This document shows positions 48,283 to 62,339 of a stretch of 64,000 nt of DNA, in pieces. A program made the position numbers and the translations under genes. Source of the DNA: Spongospora subterranea f. sp. subterranea (lineage: Eukaryota); assembly GCA_049724395.1 (NCBI GenBank), contig JAUGWO010000121.1:1-64000 (forward strand), in the 5' to 3' direction. The notes beneath the pieces are model-generated. The model ran no database searches, was not told where the DNA came from, and worked only from the letters and a program-made list of their open reading frames with translations. Position 1 is the stretch's first letter. Every line of letters begins with the position of its first letter.

Positions 48283-48936
48283 TCAATCACTTTCATTGCC
48301 GCTTCTACCATCATCCGAGCATGATGCTGAGCAGTTACCGTCTTCATCAGGATTTATAGCCAACAGATGGGAATGAACACGTAAAGCGTGCATTCGAAGA
48401 TGGGTTCGACGTGAAAATGATTTATCGCAGTTCGGACAGATATGCGGTCGATGACGGGTATGAACCAACTGATGCTTCTTGAGATTGCCTTTATCGGCAA
48501 ACGCACGAACACAGCTGGAACAGCGAAATGGTCTTTCCCCAGTATGAACACGCTCATGCCGGGTACATTCATATCTTGTAGCGAACGCCTTATTGCAATC
48601 GCCACACCCGAATCTTTTGCTACGAACGCGTTTTTTCTTTGACAAATGACCTGGAATAATACCAACAAAACTCTCTCCAGTTTCATCCAGATGGCCCTCA
48701 GATGGATTCCTTATAGTTGGACGAGATGACGAGTCTGCTCCTTCTATTGCCTTCCACGCTCCATTACCGCCTTCGGTTGGCCACTTCGCCCGGAACGCCA
48801 CATCTGTCAACGTTATGAGATGCTTGGTCTGGCTATCGGCCGGTACTCTGGAAGCGGTAGGGATCAGCACGATTCCGGACTCATCCAGACCGCTTTGTAA
48901 TCGCGCCGACTGCATTGCACTTGCCGACAGTGACAA
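48283..48936 (-). CDS. C2H2 zinc-finger protein (3 fingers)
   Basis: Three CxxC...HxxxH fingers with an HTGERPF linker. Start uncertain. Confidence 0.85.
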   Translation of the reverse strand: MSLSASAMQSARLQSGLDESGIVLIPTASRVPADSQTKHLITLTDVAFRAKWPTEGGNGAWKAIEGADSSSRPTIRNPSEGHLDETGESFVGIIPGHLSKKKRVRSKRFGCGDCNKAFATRYECTRHERVHTGERPFRCSSCVRAFADKGNLKKHQLVHTRHRPHICPNCDKSFSRRTHLRMHALRVHSHLLAINPDEDGNCSASCSDDGRSGNESD

Positions 48937-49273
48937 ATATCGGTGGATTGCCCCTCCACCTTTCGATGATTCTACGCCAGGATGATCACGAATCGGTACG
49001 ATATAGATTACGGTTTACGATCGCATGAGTTACGACAAATGGACGGCGACTACACTGAATTATACTACACTACACTGATAATTTCTACCTATTATAGGGG
49101 GTAAGAAATTGACTCAGGTCGATCGTAATTACGTTGGAAACGACAGACAGTTATAGACGGCCTGAAACAGCAACATTGTCGCCACATGACCAAAAGGGTC
49201 CACATATAAGGCACGCAGGGCGTTGATGGAGACAGAACGAGGAGCATTTAATAAACACAAACGCAGACTGGGC

Positions 49274-50160
49274 TTAATCGGTTACCATGGCAGTAGATGA
49301 TGGCTCTGATAATGCAGCGATCTTTGAGAGATCACTATCGCGGACTCTCCCGGATTTGAGCAGAGCCTCGAGACGAGAGATTTCGTCAAGACTTTGAGCG
49401 TTAAGAATCGCGGCCTGAGAAAAGAATTATTATGAACATGTAAAAAACCAGATGGGCACAGTGATTACCATTATCATTTTCTTCTGCTCCGGTGTGATTT
49501 GTTGCCTATAGGCATCGTCATCGGCGTCGTCAGTCGGTAAAGACTTCGGTTTGTCTTTAAATAATGCTGCGGCTTTCTGTCTCTCAGACATTGAAACTTT
49601 TTGGAAATCCAAATGCCTCAGCTTAGGAAGGAGGAAAATGACATATAACCTGTAATTGTCCAAAACAGTCACTGGATTTTTGCATAATGACAGTCTTTCA
49701 ATTCCTGTGGAAAACTGTTATTTGCTATTTGTTACAAACTTTAAAGTCATAAGCAAAATATGGACCTGGGAGATCCGCTAATGCGTCCAAATCTTCAAGT
49801 CGCCCCATCTGATTATTGGTCATAATCAGAGTTTCCAAATTAGGTAACGGTCGTCCCAGCGATCGGGCAATTCTCCGGATGCGATTATTGTTCAGCAGCA
49901 GCGATTTCAATCGCTTCATCACAGGAAAATTCTCCAGCTTAATCAAATCATTATCAGATAGATCAATTGCGTCGAACTGATCTTCTGCCGAGCCAAGATT
50001 CTCAATTGCAGGGACTTTTAACCCTGTAGACAGCAAAATGAATCAGTAAACAGAATACATAGATACTAGGGCCACGAATACCTCTAAGATTAAGCTCTCG
50101 TTCGAGGACCGGGTTGATGAAGGCCGGTGCTTGTTGAATGACATCTGCAGTCAACCTCAT
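49274..50160 (-). CDS. SNRPA1: U2 snRNP protein A', multi-exon
   Basis: MRLTADVI...INPVLERELNLR|GLKVPAIENLG...DQFDAIDLSDN...LENFP...YRLYVI...LRHLDFQKV...ER. Confidence 0.95.
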
Positions 50161-50288
50161 TACGAACAGTCACGAGGATAATCGCCCCGAAGATTGCTAT
50201 TGGATTATCACGTGCGTCACGGACTTGACCAAAGTGAATCAACCGACGCTGACAGGACAATTTGTAAAAACCACCTAACACCGCGAAA

Positions 50289-51008
50289 ATGCTTCACGGA
50301 GGAGATACGTTTGCCTGTATTCTGAGCTTTCAGCACAAGTTGCTGAGCATAGGATGGCTAGATTTGATAAGCCCATCAAATTACACTGAATGTGAGAAGA
50401 TAATCACAAACAATCTGGCAAGGAATCCAGCAAGCCTGAACGCTGGCCACTTCCACACTAAGTACACCGTATTCAAAAAACGAAATCAATGCAGAATTGG
50501 ATATGTCAATGCCTCGTTGGCCAAGTTGGCAAGGCGCTCCCTTAGTAAGGGAGAGATCATGTGTTCGAATCACATACGAGGCAAGCGTTTTTTTCAATCA
50601 AACCACAACAATTTAATTTTTAGCGTTGACTGAAGTCTCATTAAACGTGAATCGTCTGTTCGCTGACGGTCTCTGGAACGGTGGGTCCTTGTTGTTTTTT
50701 GCCACAGCTTTGAGATTGCGATCCAAATCTGAGATTGTAACACGACAAACAAAAACCAGCAGTACAACTTCTATGAGGTCCTTGTTGGGCGTTGATAAAC
50801 AATGGCGGCCTTTGCGAGCGAGTACCTACAAAATACTGTCCTTCTGGGCAACTTTCGTCAAGCGTCCGGAGAGTCTTCATCTCTGTTGCGTCGGAAATGG
50901 ACCCATCGACCTCTACAGCTGCTATCCTACTTAAGTCACTATGACGTTAATTGCTATGGCCATTACTTTGATATGAAGAAATCTGACATGTTTGTATGTT
51001 CACATTAG
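50289..51008 (+). CDS. Possible small spliced hypothetical protein
   Basis: Chain of + strand ORFs filling the gap, divergent from SNRPA1. No recognisable motif. Confidence 0.2.
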
Positions 51009-51042
51009 ACAATGATTTCGAAGCGAATAGGTGCAGGCAAAA

Positions 51043-54000
51043 TTACAGCTCAGTAGATAGAACATTAGTTTGGTTTCCTCTCAGCAAAAAAGTCGTCGCC
51101 TTTGAGCAAGATAGGCAGTCAAGCCATGCCATGTATCGAACAGAGGAATATGAGATGTTAGGAACAGGTACTGTGACAACTGAGAAAAGGGATGCACTGG
51201 ATGATGCGCGGACCAAATCGCTCAAGTGCAAAATCTTTAAAGTTAGCTTATCAAGTGGCAAATATTCGGATAAGGTCGCAAAACGTTCTCGCATCAACTC
51301 CGACGGCTGGAAATCGCCGCGAATGTCCAAAGATACCTCTAAAGGTATAACTTCAGCGGGTATGCGCAATTTCCTCACCAAACTGAAAAAGTCAATGCGA
51401 CATGGCAATCGATAGAGTTGGACATCTTACCCAACCATCTTGGCTGCTTCCCGCCCAGACCTAGAAGTTACAACAGTCATCACGCGTAGGGTGATATGTT
51501 GACGTCGCAGCTTGGGCGATTTTGTAAGAAGATATGCAATCAATATTGTCAGACCACCGTCATCAAACAGCCACCAAACATCAATGAAACGAGACTCGAT
51601 TCTATCAATATGGAAGTTTTCAGGGTTTCTAATAATGGCAATACCAGAATTCAGACTGAATATGGTACGAAGAATATACACATATTCATCCAAGGAAACA
51701 TTACTGCTGGACGGGCATACATTCCAATTATTTTTGAACCCTAGATTAAGATTGAGTCATCATATGTCGAAACGAACATCCATAAATTACCGAGGCAGAC
51801 AACGTTTGTGATCAGATGAGGAGTCAGACCGGACGTCATGATGAGGGATCGAACTCCCTCGGTTAGTGTACGTGAGGCTACAGATGTAGCAAACCCCTTT
51901 ACATGTAAAGAGTTAAGATAGTCTTGTAAATTTTCTCTAAAGGATGAAAAATTCGATAACAGCTTCAAATTGTCTACTTGATCGTTTCCAAGCTGATTGC
52001 AACGCCGATTCAATGCAATGAATTCAAATGCACATAGCCGTACCGCTGGTTCCACAACAATATACGCAAACGTCATGAGGCCGCGACCAGTGCGAATTAG
52101 GCTTGCCACCCGAATCAATTCTACGTATTCACCAGGACTTCCGCATAAAACTAATATATTAGGTCTAAAACAAACATCAACAACGAAAACCGAAATGATC
52201 CCTCAAAAACCTATAAGCCTTCGACGACTGTGAAGCATGCTTCAGATTTTCCAGAGAACGAATGACAGCGGCAAATGCCACAGCATCACCTGCGGAGCCC
52301 CAATTGGATTTCGTTTTTTTAGTGACTTTAGCGATATACTGTCAGGATTATTGGCTTTAAATGGCAAATCGATATGTATTTTGATACTTACTTTATACAG
52401 GGCCAATCCAAGCAAAATTGACGTTAAGGACGCATATGGATTGACGAACACCATAGTAAAAGCGCATTGAAAAAATCCAAACAAAGATACCCATTTGTTG
52501 ATGTACTTAAACGTAGGTCTCCAACCGGGTGAAGCCGATAAGGCAGTTGCAAACACTGCATAATTGATAAGCTAAAAACATGCAAATTCAGTAATTTACT
52601 ATAAGAGTTTGTAAGTTTCGATCTCACCATAAACAGTAGCAAATTGGAACCTGAAGACAACCTCGCTGCGGAGTTCACTGATCCCAGAAGAATCTAATGA
52701 TCAGGTTAGGGACAACAATGACAAACAGCCCGTTGATACCCCGAGAATAGGAGCAAAGCAGATACAAAAATATGCATTGATTAATCGTTGGATTGGGACT
52801 GGCGTTAGTGTTTGCGACGGCGTTGATAGGAGCTTTAACTTGTTTACCGGACGTTCCAACATAAGGCAACGAATTTAGAAACCGATTCATGAATGGGAAC
52901 AGCTGATCTCGGCATATCGCCAAGAGAATTCTGGGACCGGAAACTAATGACCCGAGTGCTGATGTAAGGGTAGAGGCGTAGATTCCAAAATATACCAGGG
53001 GGCTCCACAGTGATGCATCCACCATTATAGTATTCCGAAAAATTAGTCCTTCTTTGCCGTCTACCTAGTACCTATGTCAACATTGTTGCGTTGAATTGAA
53101 TGAAACGTGGTCGTACCTGGCGAACGCAGGATGAACCTAATATCCAGCCGGAGATAATGTAAACTGATGAGCTGATGATGATGGAGATTAACATTCCTAA
53201 AGGATACGACCTTTCTGGATTCTAGGTCAAGGGAAGATTAGAGTAATTTTTCAAGTTATTAGCAACTAACTTTCAGTTCCGCATAAACTGTGGTGGCGGC
53301 AGTAAACCTGCAATTAAACAATGAATGGCGAAAACATTTGTGAATATATCAAGATTACCCAGTCATAGCCGGGAAGAAAAGAATAGTAATAGACATTACT
53401 GATGTTCCACTCGTCAGATCTGGACCGAAGTTGTTCCAGAAAAGTTTAGATGACGCTCCAACAAAACCCACATCCACTTTGGGAGGAGTTAAGAACGCAC
53501 CGAGATAAATTGACGCCAAACATAAAACCATCAACAGTAAAAACGACGTATATGCCTAAAACATGGTCAATAAACCGTGCTCATTGTCATTTTTTCGCAA
53601 ATGCGCACTTTGGAAACCATTTCCACGCCGACCGTGATCACGACAATCAAGACTACTAGAGTCACGTAGCCGATAATTTGCACATCCCATCCAGACGAAC
53701 TCAATGTCAATCCAGGATAGTATGACTATGCGTATAAATGAGGAGACTGCCGTTTCATCACGACAGTATGATACATGAAGGTGCATTAACAAGGCTTCGG
53801 AAAAAGCAACGATGAAGATTGACGTATCGGCAGCATGACTTAGAACCATCAATGTCCCAATGGCTCCACCAAACTTTGGACCAAGCGAACGGGAAATCCT
53901 GAACGTTTTCAAAAACGGCATGTAATGAACATTGTACCTCCCCAGAACTTACATGTAATATGCCCCACCTGGATGAGGAGCTCCGTTTGTGGCGATTGCG

Positions 54001-54753
54001 CTGAGAGAGAGAGCTGTGGTGATCGTTATCATAGCACAACTTGAGATTCTGAGATGAGTATAAGCAAGTTACCGTTCGAAAGTGAGGGCAATCTAACATT
54101 AATGTTCCCAGCGCAATCCCAGCTTGACCAAACGTCACGCCAAGTCGTAAGAACATCATTCCGCTGAATATTTGCATCAAATTTCTAGAGACAACCCCTT
54201 CCCAAATGCCGAGCGACCCCGTTTGCGTCATCAAAAGACTCTCAGTTCTGAGCAGTGGGTCCCCCGTGCCTGTGATATGTTTCCTATCTTCTAGAATAGC
54301 AGGTCGTGGGCCGAACAGAAGATCATTCAAAGTTGGGATTGCTCTCGAATTAGATATTGCAACGTATGTCATTAAAGAGGGCAGAGCATCGCAAATTTGA
54401 GGATTTTCCTTTGACGAGCCTACTATCTGGCGATCTGATTCGGGAGCAGAAAACACGTCAAACAGGTCGAGATTAACTGGCCTATCCACGTTGTGCAATC
54501 CATCACTATACTTGATAGTGCGGTACTGGTCTGGCAAATCCGCTTTGTCTCCATGGCATCTCAAAGAATCACCAAGCGGTCCGAGACCGGAATTGCTTTT
54601 CGAGTGCGATACAGACCGATTTTTCAATGATTCTGTTGGGAGAGCGCATAGCTTTTGTAAACCGGTGATTTGATTGACCGAGGATATGACTGGACAAACA
54701 GCGTCGTCATCGTCGGCTAGATTCTTCTGATCCATGCTTGGCACCTGGTCCAT
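51043..54753 (-). CDS. Cation-chloride cotransporter (SLC12/CCC family), multi-exon
   Basis: LGIWEGV...[89 protein letters not shown]. Confidence 0.92.
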
Positions 54754-55208
54754 AAATACATATATATGGCGGTATATCAATGACAGGCCGAACGTCGTAA
54801 AATGATGATCAGATTAACATCATGCCGAAACTGAACCGGAATTAACGTTATGAGAACGGTGACTGTAAGTGGATGGATCTTGTCTACGCCTTGACTGGAT
54901 CATCCCCTCGAATTGCACTGACTGCGCAGCCCATTGAAGGCTCCGGCACATACAACTGTAATATTAACATGATATCGGTATCTTTGCTTTCAAAAACACT
55001 AGTCTGCGATCGTGTTGTGTTTTGTGGAAAGACTGGGTTTAGGTGAAGGAGAACAGTTTAGGCGGGCAAATATAGATGCTTCGATCGCAGAACTTGTACT
55101 GTTTTTTAGCAAACGAACGTTAGCGGTGGTGTTGCTTGGAGTCATCGTTGGTTATCCCGGCATTGCTTTACATATTCAGCTTTAATAAGTCTAGAAGTAT
55201 TGAATAAC

Positions 55209-56902
55209 ATGGCGTTCCTTATTCGATTAGCTAAACATCAAGGCGCAGAATGCAAACATATGATTTTTCAGTTGCACGTTCTAACATTAAAGACATCGCG
55301 ACCGCTGAAGGATCCAGTATATGTGGAATGGGTTCGCGGGTCCCATAAAGTCGTTTCTGCACCCTCGACCAACGCAAATGAATGTTTATGCACATTGGAC
55401 TGTCACCTTGAGATGAATGCGACCATGTTTTTTAAATCCAATGGCGAAGATTTTCAACCTAAGCTCAGTAAAATTGTCTTCAAAACTCGGGAAAACGCAT
55501 CAGCTTCCTCAAAGTTGATGGGTGAGATATCTCTGGATTTAGCAGAGCATGCATCGACGACACCGTTTCATCTTCAGCTACCTCTGAAAAAGTGTAAAGA
55601 TAAAAATGTGATTGTCGATGTTTGCATTTCAGCTCATGACTCCGATCACGAGTAAGCAAAATTGTTTGTAAGCTGTAGTTTGATGTTGACATGGTTTTAC
55701 TAGTCACGTTGCTCAATCGCAAGCCGAATCGTACCATCAAGATTCGACAACTGTGTCAGAACAGGAGCACTCCCAACATTCTCATATTGAACCGTCGTTA
55801 CCTATTGAACCAAATATTGCTTTAAGCGAGCCTACTCAAACCAATCCTGCCTCTATAAAAGTCAACGTTATGCCAGAGAATGCAGAGGTTGAGGAACCCA
55901 GAATGACGCCTGCAGAAGCATTTTTAACAGCTCAAGTCTTCAAACTGAGAAAAGATATTAAGACACTTGAAGAACGACAGACTAAACTGTTGGAGAAAGA
56001 ACAACGATTATGCACAGTGCAGGAAGAAAATGAACAGTTAAAAAGTGATTTGATGCTGTTAAAAAAGAGATGACCCTCCAGACCCAGAGCAAAATAACAA
56101 CCAGCAAGCTTCTGATAATTCCGAAGCACCTTTACCAGCAGAGACACCTTTGGTATCTGTTGAAGACCAACTCGAAGATGCTAAAGTCCTTCATAACCTA
56201 CTAATCAATGACAAGCAAGCACTGGAAAAGCAGGTTAATGAATATAAGACGATGATTCAGAGCATGCTAAACTTAACGAGAGAAGTAAAGCAGCATATGG
56301 AGGTCAAGACAAGCATTGCTGGCGACCTACAACTAACGCAGCTCGCTGCTAAATATGGGTTGACCGGTAACGAATACCTCTCCAACGTTGAACGCATCGT
56401 GACTGCGTGCTTCGATGCTCGTACCGAGCTCCGCGAAAGGGAAGCTCAAGTACAGCGAATAGGACAGCAGCAAGAACAAGTGATATTGAAGTGGAAGATG
56501 CTTGCCGGAAAAGTCGTCAGAATTTCCAACGACGGCGAAGTTGAAGAGATTGATGCTCGTTTGGTGGCGCCAACCAATCGCAGGTTAAGTCAAATGAATG
56601 CCAGCATGGAAGCGGAGATAAAGGACGCTAAGAACGCTTTTGACAATAGCTGCAGCGTTCTGAGACTTGAAATAGCGCAACTGAAGGAACAACTGCTAGC
56701 TGAAAAAGCGAAGAGTAGTTACGAAATGGTCACGAAATCTGAGAGTTATCAGTTAGAGCAGCAACTGCTTGAGGCCAAAGTAAAACTTGCCGATTTGATC
56801 GATGCGTTCAATTCGCTGGAACAAGAAAATCAACAAATCAAAGAACAAATATCACAACAAGAACGATTATTTAAATTCAACAAAGGCTTAAAATTATTAT
56901 AA
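55209..56902 (+). CDS. NT-C2 (EEIG1/EHBP1-type) domain + coiled-coil protein
   Basis: VEWVRG, ATMF...FQPK, MGEISLDLAEHA, LPLKKC, then long heptad regions. +1 frame break in an A run near 56062. Confidence 0.75.
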
Positions 56903-56967
56903 ACTAAAACTTTTATAAGCACGCTTGTGATTTGTATTGTATAAACGTGGTGCTGGCGCTGGGAGAC

Positions 56968-59192
56968 TCATGGTGTGCAACGATTAGGGTCGCGAGGAAA
57001 CAATGAGGCAAGACGAATATTCTTTAAGCCACAGAACAGCATTGCAACGCGCTCTAGACCGATACCGGCGCCACCATGAGGAGGAGATCCGGATTTAAAC
57101 GAATCAGTATACGACTGAATTGTATCAATTGGAATTGCGGGCACCTGAATGGAGAGAACATAAGAATGGATGACATGGCTTTGAATATGGAGCAGACGTT
57201 AGCAAGGGCACGTTCAACTAAGAGTTGGTGATCATGGATACGTTGGGCGCCCGATGTGATCTCTTCACCTCGGAGGAAAACATCGTAGGAGTTCGAAAAA
57301 CGTGGGTCATCGGCACACGGCATCGTGTAGAATGGCCTTGCCGACATCGGATACCGATCGACAATGTAGAAGTCGGTGTTATATTTGGCTTTAACAAGCA
57401 CACCCAGTCGCTTTTCCTATACTGCTATGTGAGATGAACGTGAAGGTTTATCGAATCGCGACGGTAACAAGAAGTACATGACCATCAGTCATGTTGAAAC
57501 ATACCATCGAAAGCAACAAGCATGAGTGGAACAAAAAATTCAGCAACTACACGCGAAGTGGAACAAATAATCCAACAAGTTTTCCGTAAAAAAAAATACG
57601 AACACGATATCACCTGAGGAGTCGAGATATCGACGAATTCGTCAGCTTCCTTGTCACCGTCTTCTCGTAACATTCGAATAGCATCTGAGAAGTGCAGGAC
57701 AAGAGGCTCGTCGGGATAAACCAGCCGTTCGAATGGATATTGAGTGCAAATTAGGTCGAGATCGGCGCCGTTCTTCGCATGCAGACTGTCGAATACGTGC
57801 TTGAATAGGCTACCTAACACCATTTGAGAAGATTATTCGGCAAAAAGAACATTGGAGTTACCAAGAGTTTCTAAAACCTCATGATAATGCTCTTTAATTT
57901 CTTGTTCGAAATCAAGTCCAGTGAACTCGCACATATGGCGATGAGTAAAACTACGTTCCGAACGAAACACGGGGCCAATCTCGAACACGCCATGCAAGTC
58001 GCCATTCATACACATCTGTTTGTAAAGCTGAGGAGACTAACCTCGGGCAACAATACATTAGAGAAGTCATAATCAGTGAATATATATTTGCTGACCTGTG
58101 CAAGGAAGGCGGGGTTGCCGAAATAGTCCAATTTAAACACATCGGCACCTCCTTCCGAAGCGGCACTGATTAGTTTTGGTGTGTGAACCTCGATGAAGTC
58201 GCGTTGAAGAAAGTATTCACGAAAATAGGTTCCAACTATTAGAATTTTGATGATGCATACCCACGAGACAGTAAATTGATTACCTGCACTTTGCACCCGA
58301 AAGATGGCGTGGTTGGCGGACGCACGAAGATCCAGCCATCGATTGTCCAGACGGATCGTTCGGCCAACAGTAGCCATGCCATCACTTTGCGCATTCTCGT
58401 CATCGACATCGTCGGCGACAGGACGCTTAGCATCAGCAATTTGCATAGTAAGAACCGGAGTCGAAGCCGACACCACGAAAAATTTCATGATCTGAAAACA
58501 GAAATTAGATGAAAAAGAATACAAACTCTAAGAAAATTTGTAGTTTTTGACCAAAGGGTTATCTGGATGTAAACCCTAATCAAAAAACCCCAACCTGGAT
58601 TTCGATTAGCGACTGCGATGCGCTCGTGACAGGTGGATCGGCCAGCATGATTTGGCCGAAAACATCAACGATTGATTCAACAGGAACCTTGCCAATGTAT
58701 TTGATCATATCGCGAGGCGTCTGATCATCTTCAGCCGCTATGGCTTGAACCGAATATGGGGTTTGACGTAGTAGGGCAAAGCACCGTTTACCTGGAGGCG
58801 AAAATTAATAAGAGTACAAGAACGGAATATTGCCGAACCAGTTGCACGAACAGCTTCCAGTCGTGCCCGAATCCAAACGTGTTGACCAACGGATGGTGTA
58901 TCAAGTTTGCTGGCCGATACCCATTGGCGTTGGCTGCGGAAACCAGATTGGACCATGGGCAAATCCCCAAACTGTTCTTTTGTATAGTCATTAACCACTA
59001 TTACCGCGCGATTCTATGTTCGCACGAGAAAATACCATAAGATTTGAGGTATAGGAAAACTGAAAATGAGGGTAAGAAACTTACCGCCGCTTCAGCGGCT
59101 TTCGCCTTGCGAGCCTCTTTCTCGGCTTTTCGAGCATTTTTCGCAGCCTTCTTAGGGTCGATGGCCAGTTCTCCCATTTGATCCACAACCAT
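56968..59192 (-). CDS. DARS1: Aspartyl-tRNA synthetase, cytosolic type, multi-exon
   Basis: [17 protein letters not shown]...[18 protein letters not shown]...[42 protein letters not shown]. Confidence 0.96.
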
Positions 59193-60447
59193 CTTCGATG
59201 ACGTTGGCCCGCCGGTAAATGCGACTTGCCGAGTCCGTGACGGACACCGGGTAAGTCGTCTACTGCTGCAAGTAACGCACAGACAGTGTGCAGTACCCGA
59301 GTCGGGTGAAGATGTCGGGACCCGACCGACATCTTCACTGTTTACGCAAAATGTTAAACAGGCGCCAATTACAGAGAATGTGCTCTTTATAGACAACACA
59401 TCGATGGCGTTCATGAATTAAAGATGCTTGGATGAAGACAATGAAAGCTTCTTCAGCTCATCTGACGGGAAGAAAACCGTCTGGCTGAATGATTAAGGGT
59501 TGTTCATAGGGCAGCGCCATACCCACTGGAAAATTATCGCCTGACAAATAATTGCTGACCTCGATTCGCAACCAACGTAAACAGGATTGATGAACGTCTC
59601 CATCTAAAATTCGAGATTCAACTTTGATTTCTCCCTGCTGTAAACATGTCAATCTTTCTCAACGATGACTGTTTCTGCCCCAGATCTGATGCGTTCAGAT
59701 TGCAATTTACAATAGCGCGACTGACTTCACATTCGTAGGTCGGGGCAATGCAAGTCATTGTATGTCGAAAGACCGTTCATGCGCTTCTCATATATCTGGT
59801 CAGAATCGTCAATGACCAGATTAAATAACCGGTCGATGGCTTCGTTCATCGTGTTTTTTTCTATCTGGGGTACCTGGACGAAGAAGATTTGCTTAGGAGA
59901 TACCTCAGAATGAAATGGCAAGTGACAGCATCCTGTCGGCGACGATTTTCGCCTTAGCTCTTTTCAATCCCATTTCCTCGATTAAAAAATTCAAACAGGT
60001 TTGTTCCTGATTGATAGTCCTGCGAGCATTCAGAATTTCCAAGCCAATCACGCTTCTTAGAAGTGCATGTGCAATCCATCCATCCAGTTGTACAGTCATC
60101 CCTGATTCCCCTGGAACTGATATCCGATCAAGAATGCCTTGTGGAATCAGGTGTGCGTTTATCTAATTTGACGTGTATTCTCCACCCTTTGTCGGATTGC
60201 AGGGCACCGATTATGGAGCTGTGTTGCCCTGACATTACTACCTCGAATCAAAGCATATCTGATTTCAAAAATAATTCTGCACCGGACATCAATTCCAGGG
60301 GATTCGAAACCAAATTAATAAGCAGAACTCTTAAATCGAGCGATCAATGTAGACGATATAGCCTGTCGTGGGACTGTTGGAAAATGATAAGGTGTCCGGT
60401 TGAAAACATCGTGTTTATGATAAAGAGAAATACAATTGGCGATGGCG

Positions 60448-61080
60448 TCAAAGATATGTCACGGCAGACTGTATTAGCTGCTCTGCCCCCGAATTGCCAT
60501 AATCCAGCCGAAATCTAGTGGCCTGAATTTTCACGATATATTGAATCGTATGGTAGCCGATAATTAGCTCTGCCACCAGAAATCCTATCTGAATTGACGC
60601 CGAGGTTGTCTCCCCTGTCAGGACATGCTTCTGTATGGCTAGAACATAGACTACCAGAAACGCTTGTGGGAACAATGTTAAGAAGAAGAACGCTGCCAAA
60701 TGTTGGATTCGCTCTTGAAGGTTACCGGCATACGCCAGGGCTAAACGGCAAGGCTCGACCAGACACCAGATTCCTAAAAGAATCGGTGTTAAAACCGATA
60801 CAAACTGGTCATCTTTGTATTTGCTAATCTATGAATGACTGGTAAAATGTCAGCCGAGTTATCCAAACAGTGATTGTCGCACCTTGAAAGACGTAATCAA
60901 TATGTTCACAACTGCATAAAGTCCCGAATACCAAACGTTATAATACAGCAAAATTTGTAGCGATAGCGACGACGACATCTGACGTTCAAGATATAATTGT
61001 TTGGGAGGATGGTGCGATGGTACTGGCACTCCAGGGAGTGCATCTGATCTCATCGCCTCAGGAGATTGCAGAATTGCCAT
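60448..61080 (-). CDS. TMEM17: Ciliary transition-zone protein, TMEM17/TMEM216 family
   Basis: SSLSLQILLYYN, EPCRLALAYAGNLQE...LAAFFFLTLFPQ, TRF tail. Confidence 0.8.
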
Positions 61081-61435
61081 CTGGGGCGTAGACGAAAACA
61101 GTCAACTATAAGGCCAAAAAAATCGATGGATCAACACTCTGCTGTGTGCACTGCATCTGATCGAGAAGTGCCTTGATTGCCATCCAAAGGGTTGCGTTCC
61201 CCTGTCTTTCACTGATTAAGGTCATCATGTTTCGGCCTCCTACAGGACCTATTGTACTTAAATTGGTGAGAATTTATAAACGTAATGCGATTATCTACTG
61301 GTGTAAAGTGTGCGAGGAATCGAATTCGGTCGGTGTTTGGTGGTCCAGTTGAGGTTGCATCCGCCATTCTCCTTGAGCCTTCCAAAATACATCGGGAAAG
61401 GGGCAGTCACGGAGATCGCCTGACGACTTCACGAT

Positions 61436-62286
61436 ATGCCGTCATCAACGTCGTCAGGGCTGATGCTCGCCACTGTTCGGATTGCCTGTGCCGAAATCTT
61501 ATCGGAACTCGGCTACGCCAGCGTTCATGACTCGGTCGTTCATTGCAGCCTTGAGTGATGACGGGCAGGGCTCATGCTATGTGTTTATAGGCGTTGGACA
61601 CCTTTAGCGAAGTCTGTTCGAGATACATCACCGAAGTTGCTGTATTGTCTAAATCTAATGCTGAACTAGCAAGAAGAACCCATGTGACGCTTTGGGATTC
61701 ATTAAATGCAATTAATGATCTTGGAACAAACGTACAATCTCTGTTGCAGTACAAAAAGTCGTCCAATAATCTTCCGTTTATATATGGTTGTCTTTGTGTC
61801 ATCAGTTCCTTTCAGCGCAGTTACATATTGATTATTTCAGATTTACTACCATTTCCTCAACCAAGGGAGGTAATTATATGTGCACCAACGACGACAAGTG
61901 ACACTGCAACCCAAGTATGGGAGCCATGTTGCGACGCTGTGATCCTCCTTGGGCATCTGAATTTTTGCTTTTAGAATGATCCACCGCCAGATCTTCCAGT
62001 AATTCCTTCATATCTGCCTCCACTTCCTGCCCCTCATACTTATCAATTCACCCCTGTATATCAAAAGCCAGCCATTGACCCCAATGCTAGGTTAACTTTC
62101 TGGGACCTTCTTTGGCATCTTGTTTGATTTTTTCTACTATAGGAGGAAGATGATAATTAAGCAGAAGCGACAAGTGGAAAGTTCGCTCGTTAAGTTAAGT
62201 AGGTCAATGCAGCAAAAAGGTGATTATTTTGTCTATACGATGACGCTCACTAATGTAGAATTCTAGATGTTGATCCAAGCAAATAA
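61436..62286 (+). CDS. TAF8: TFIID subunit TAF8 (histone fold + TAF8 C-terminal region), multi-exon
   Basis: ALDTFSEV...YI...AELARRT...D histone fold; IPSYLPPLPAPHTYQFTPVY; QKRQVESSLVKL. Confidence 0.85.
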
Positions 62287-62339
62287 ATTGTACATCACTA
62301 AATAATAATTTTATCACGTTTTATGTATTCTAAGATTTT

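Noticed and set aside
5481..56073. Programmed +1 ribosomal frameshifting (Euplotes-like)
   Set aside because: The break sites share no AAA-stop or other common motif, and both +1 and -1 cases occur. Indel error is simpler.
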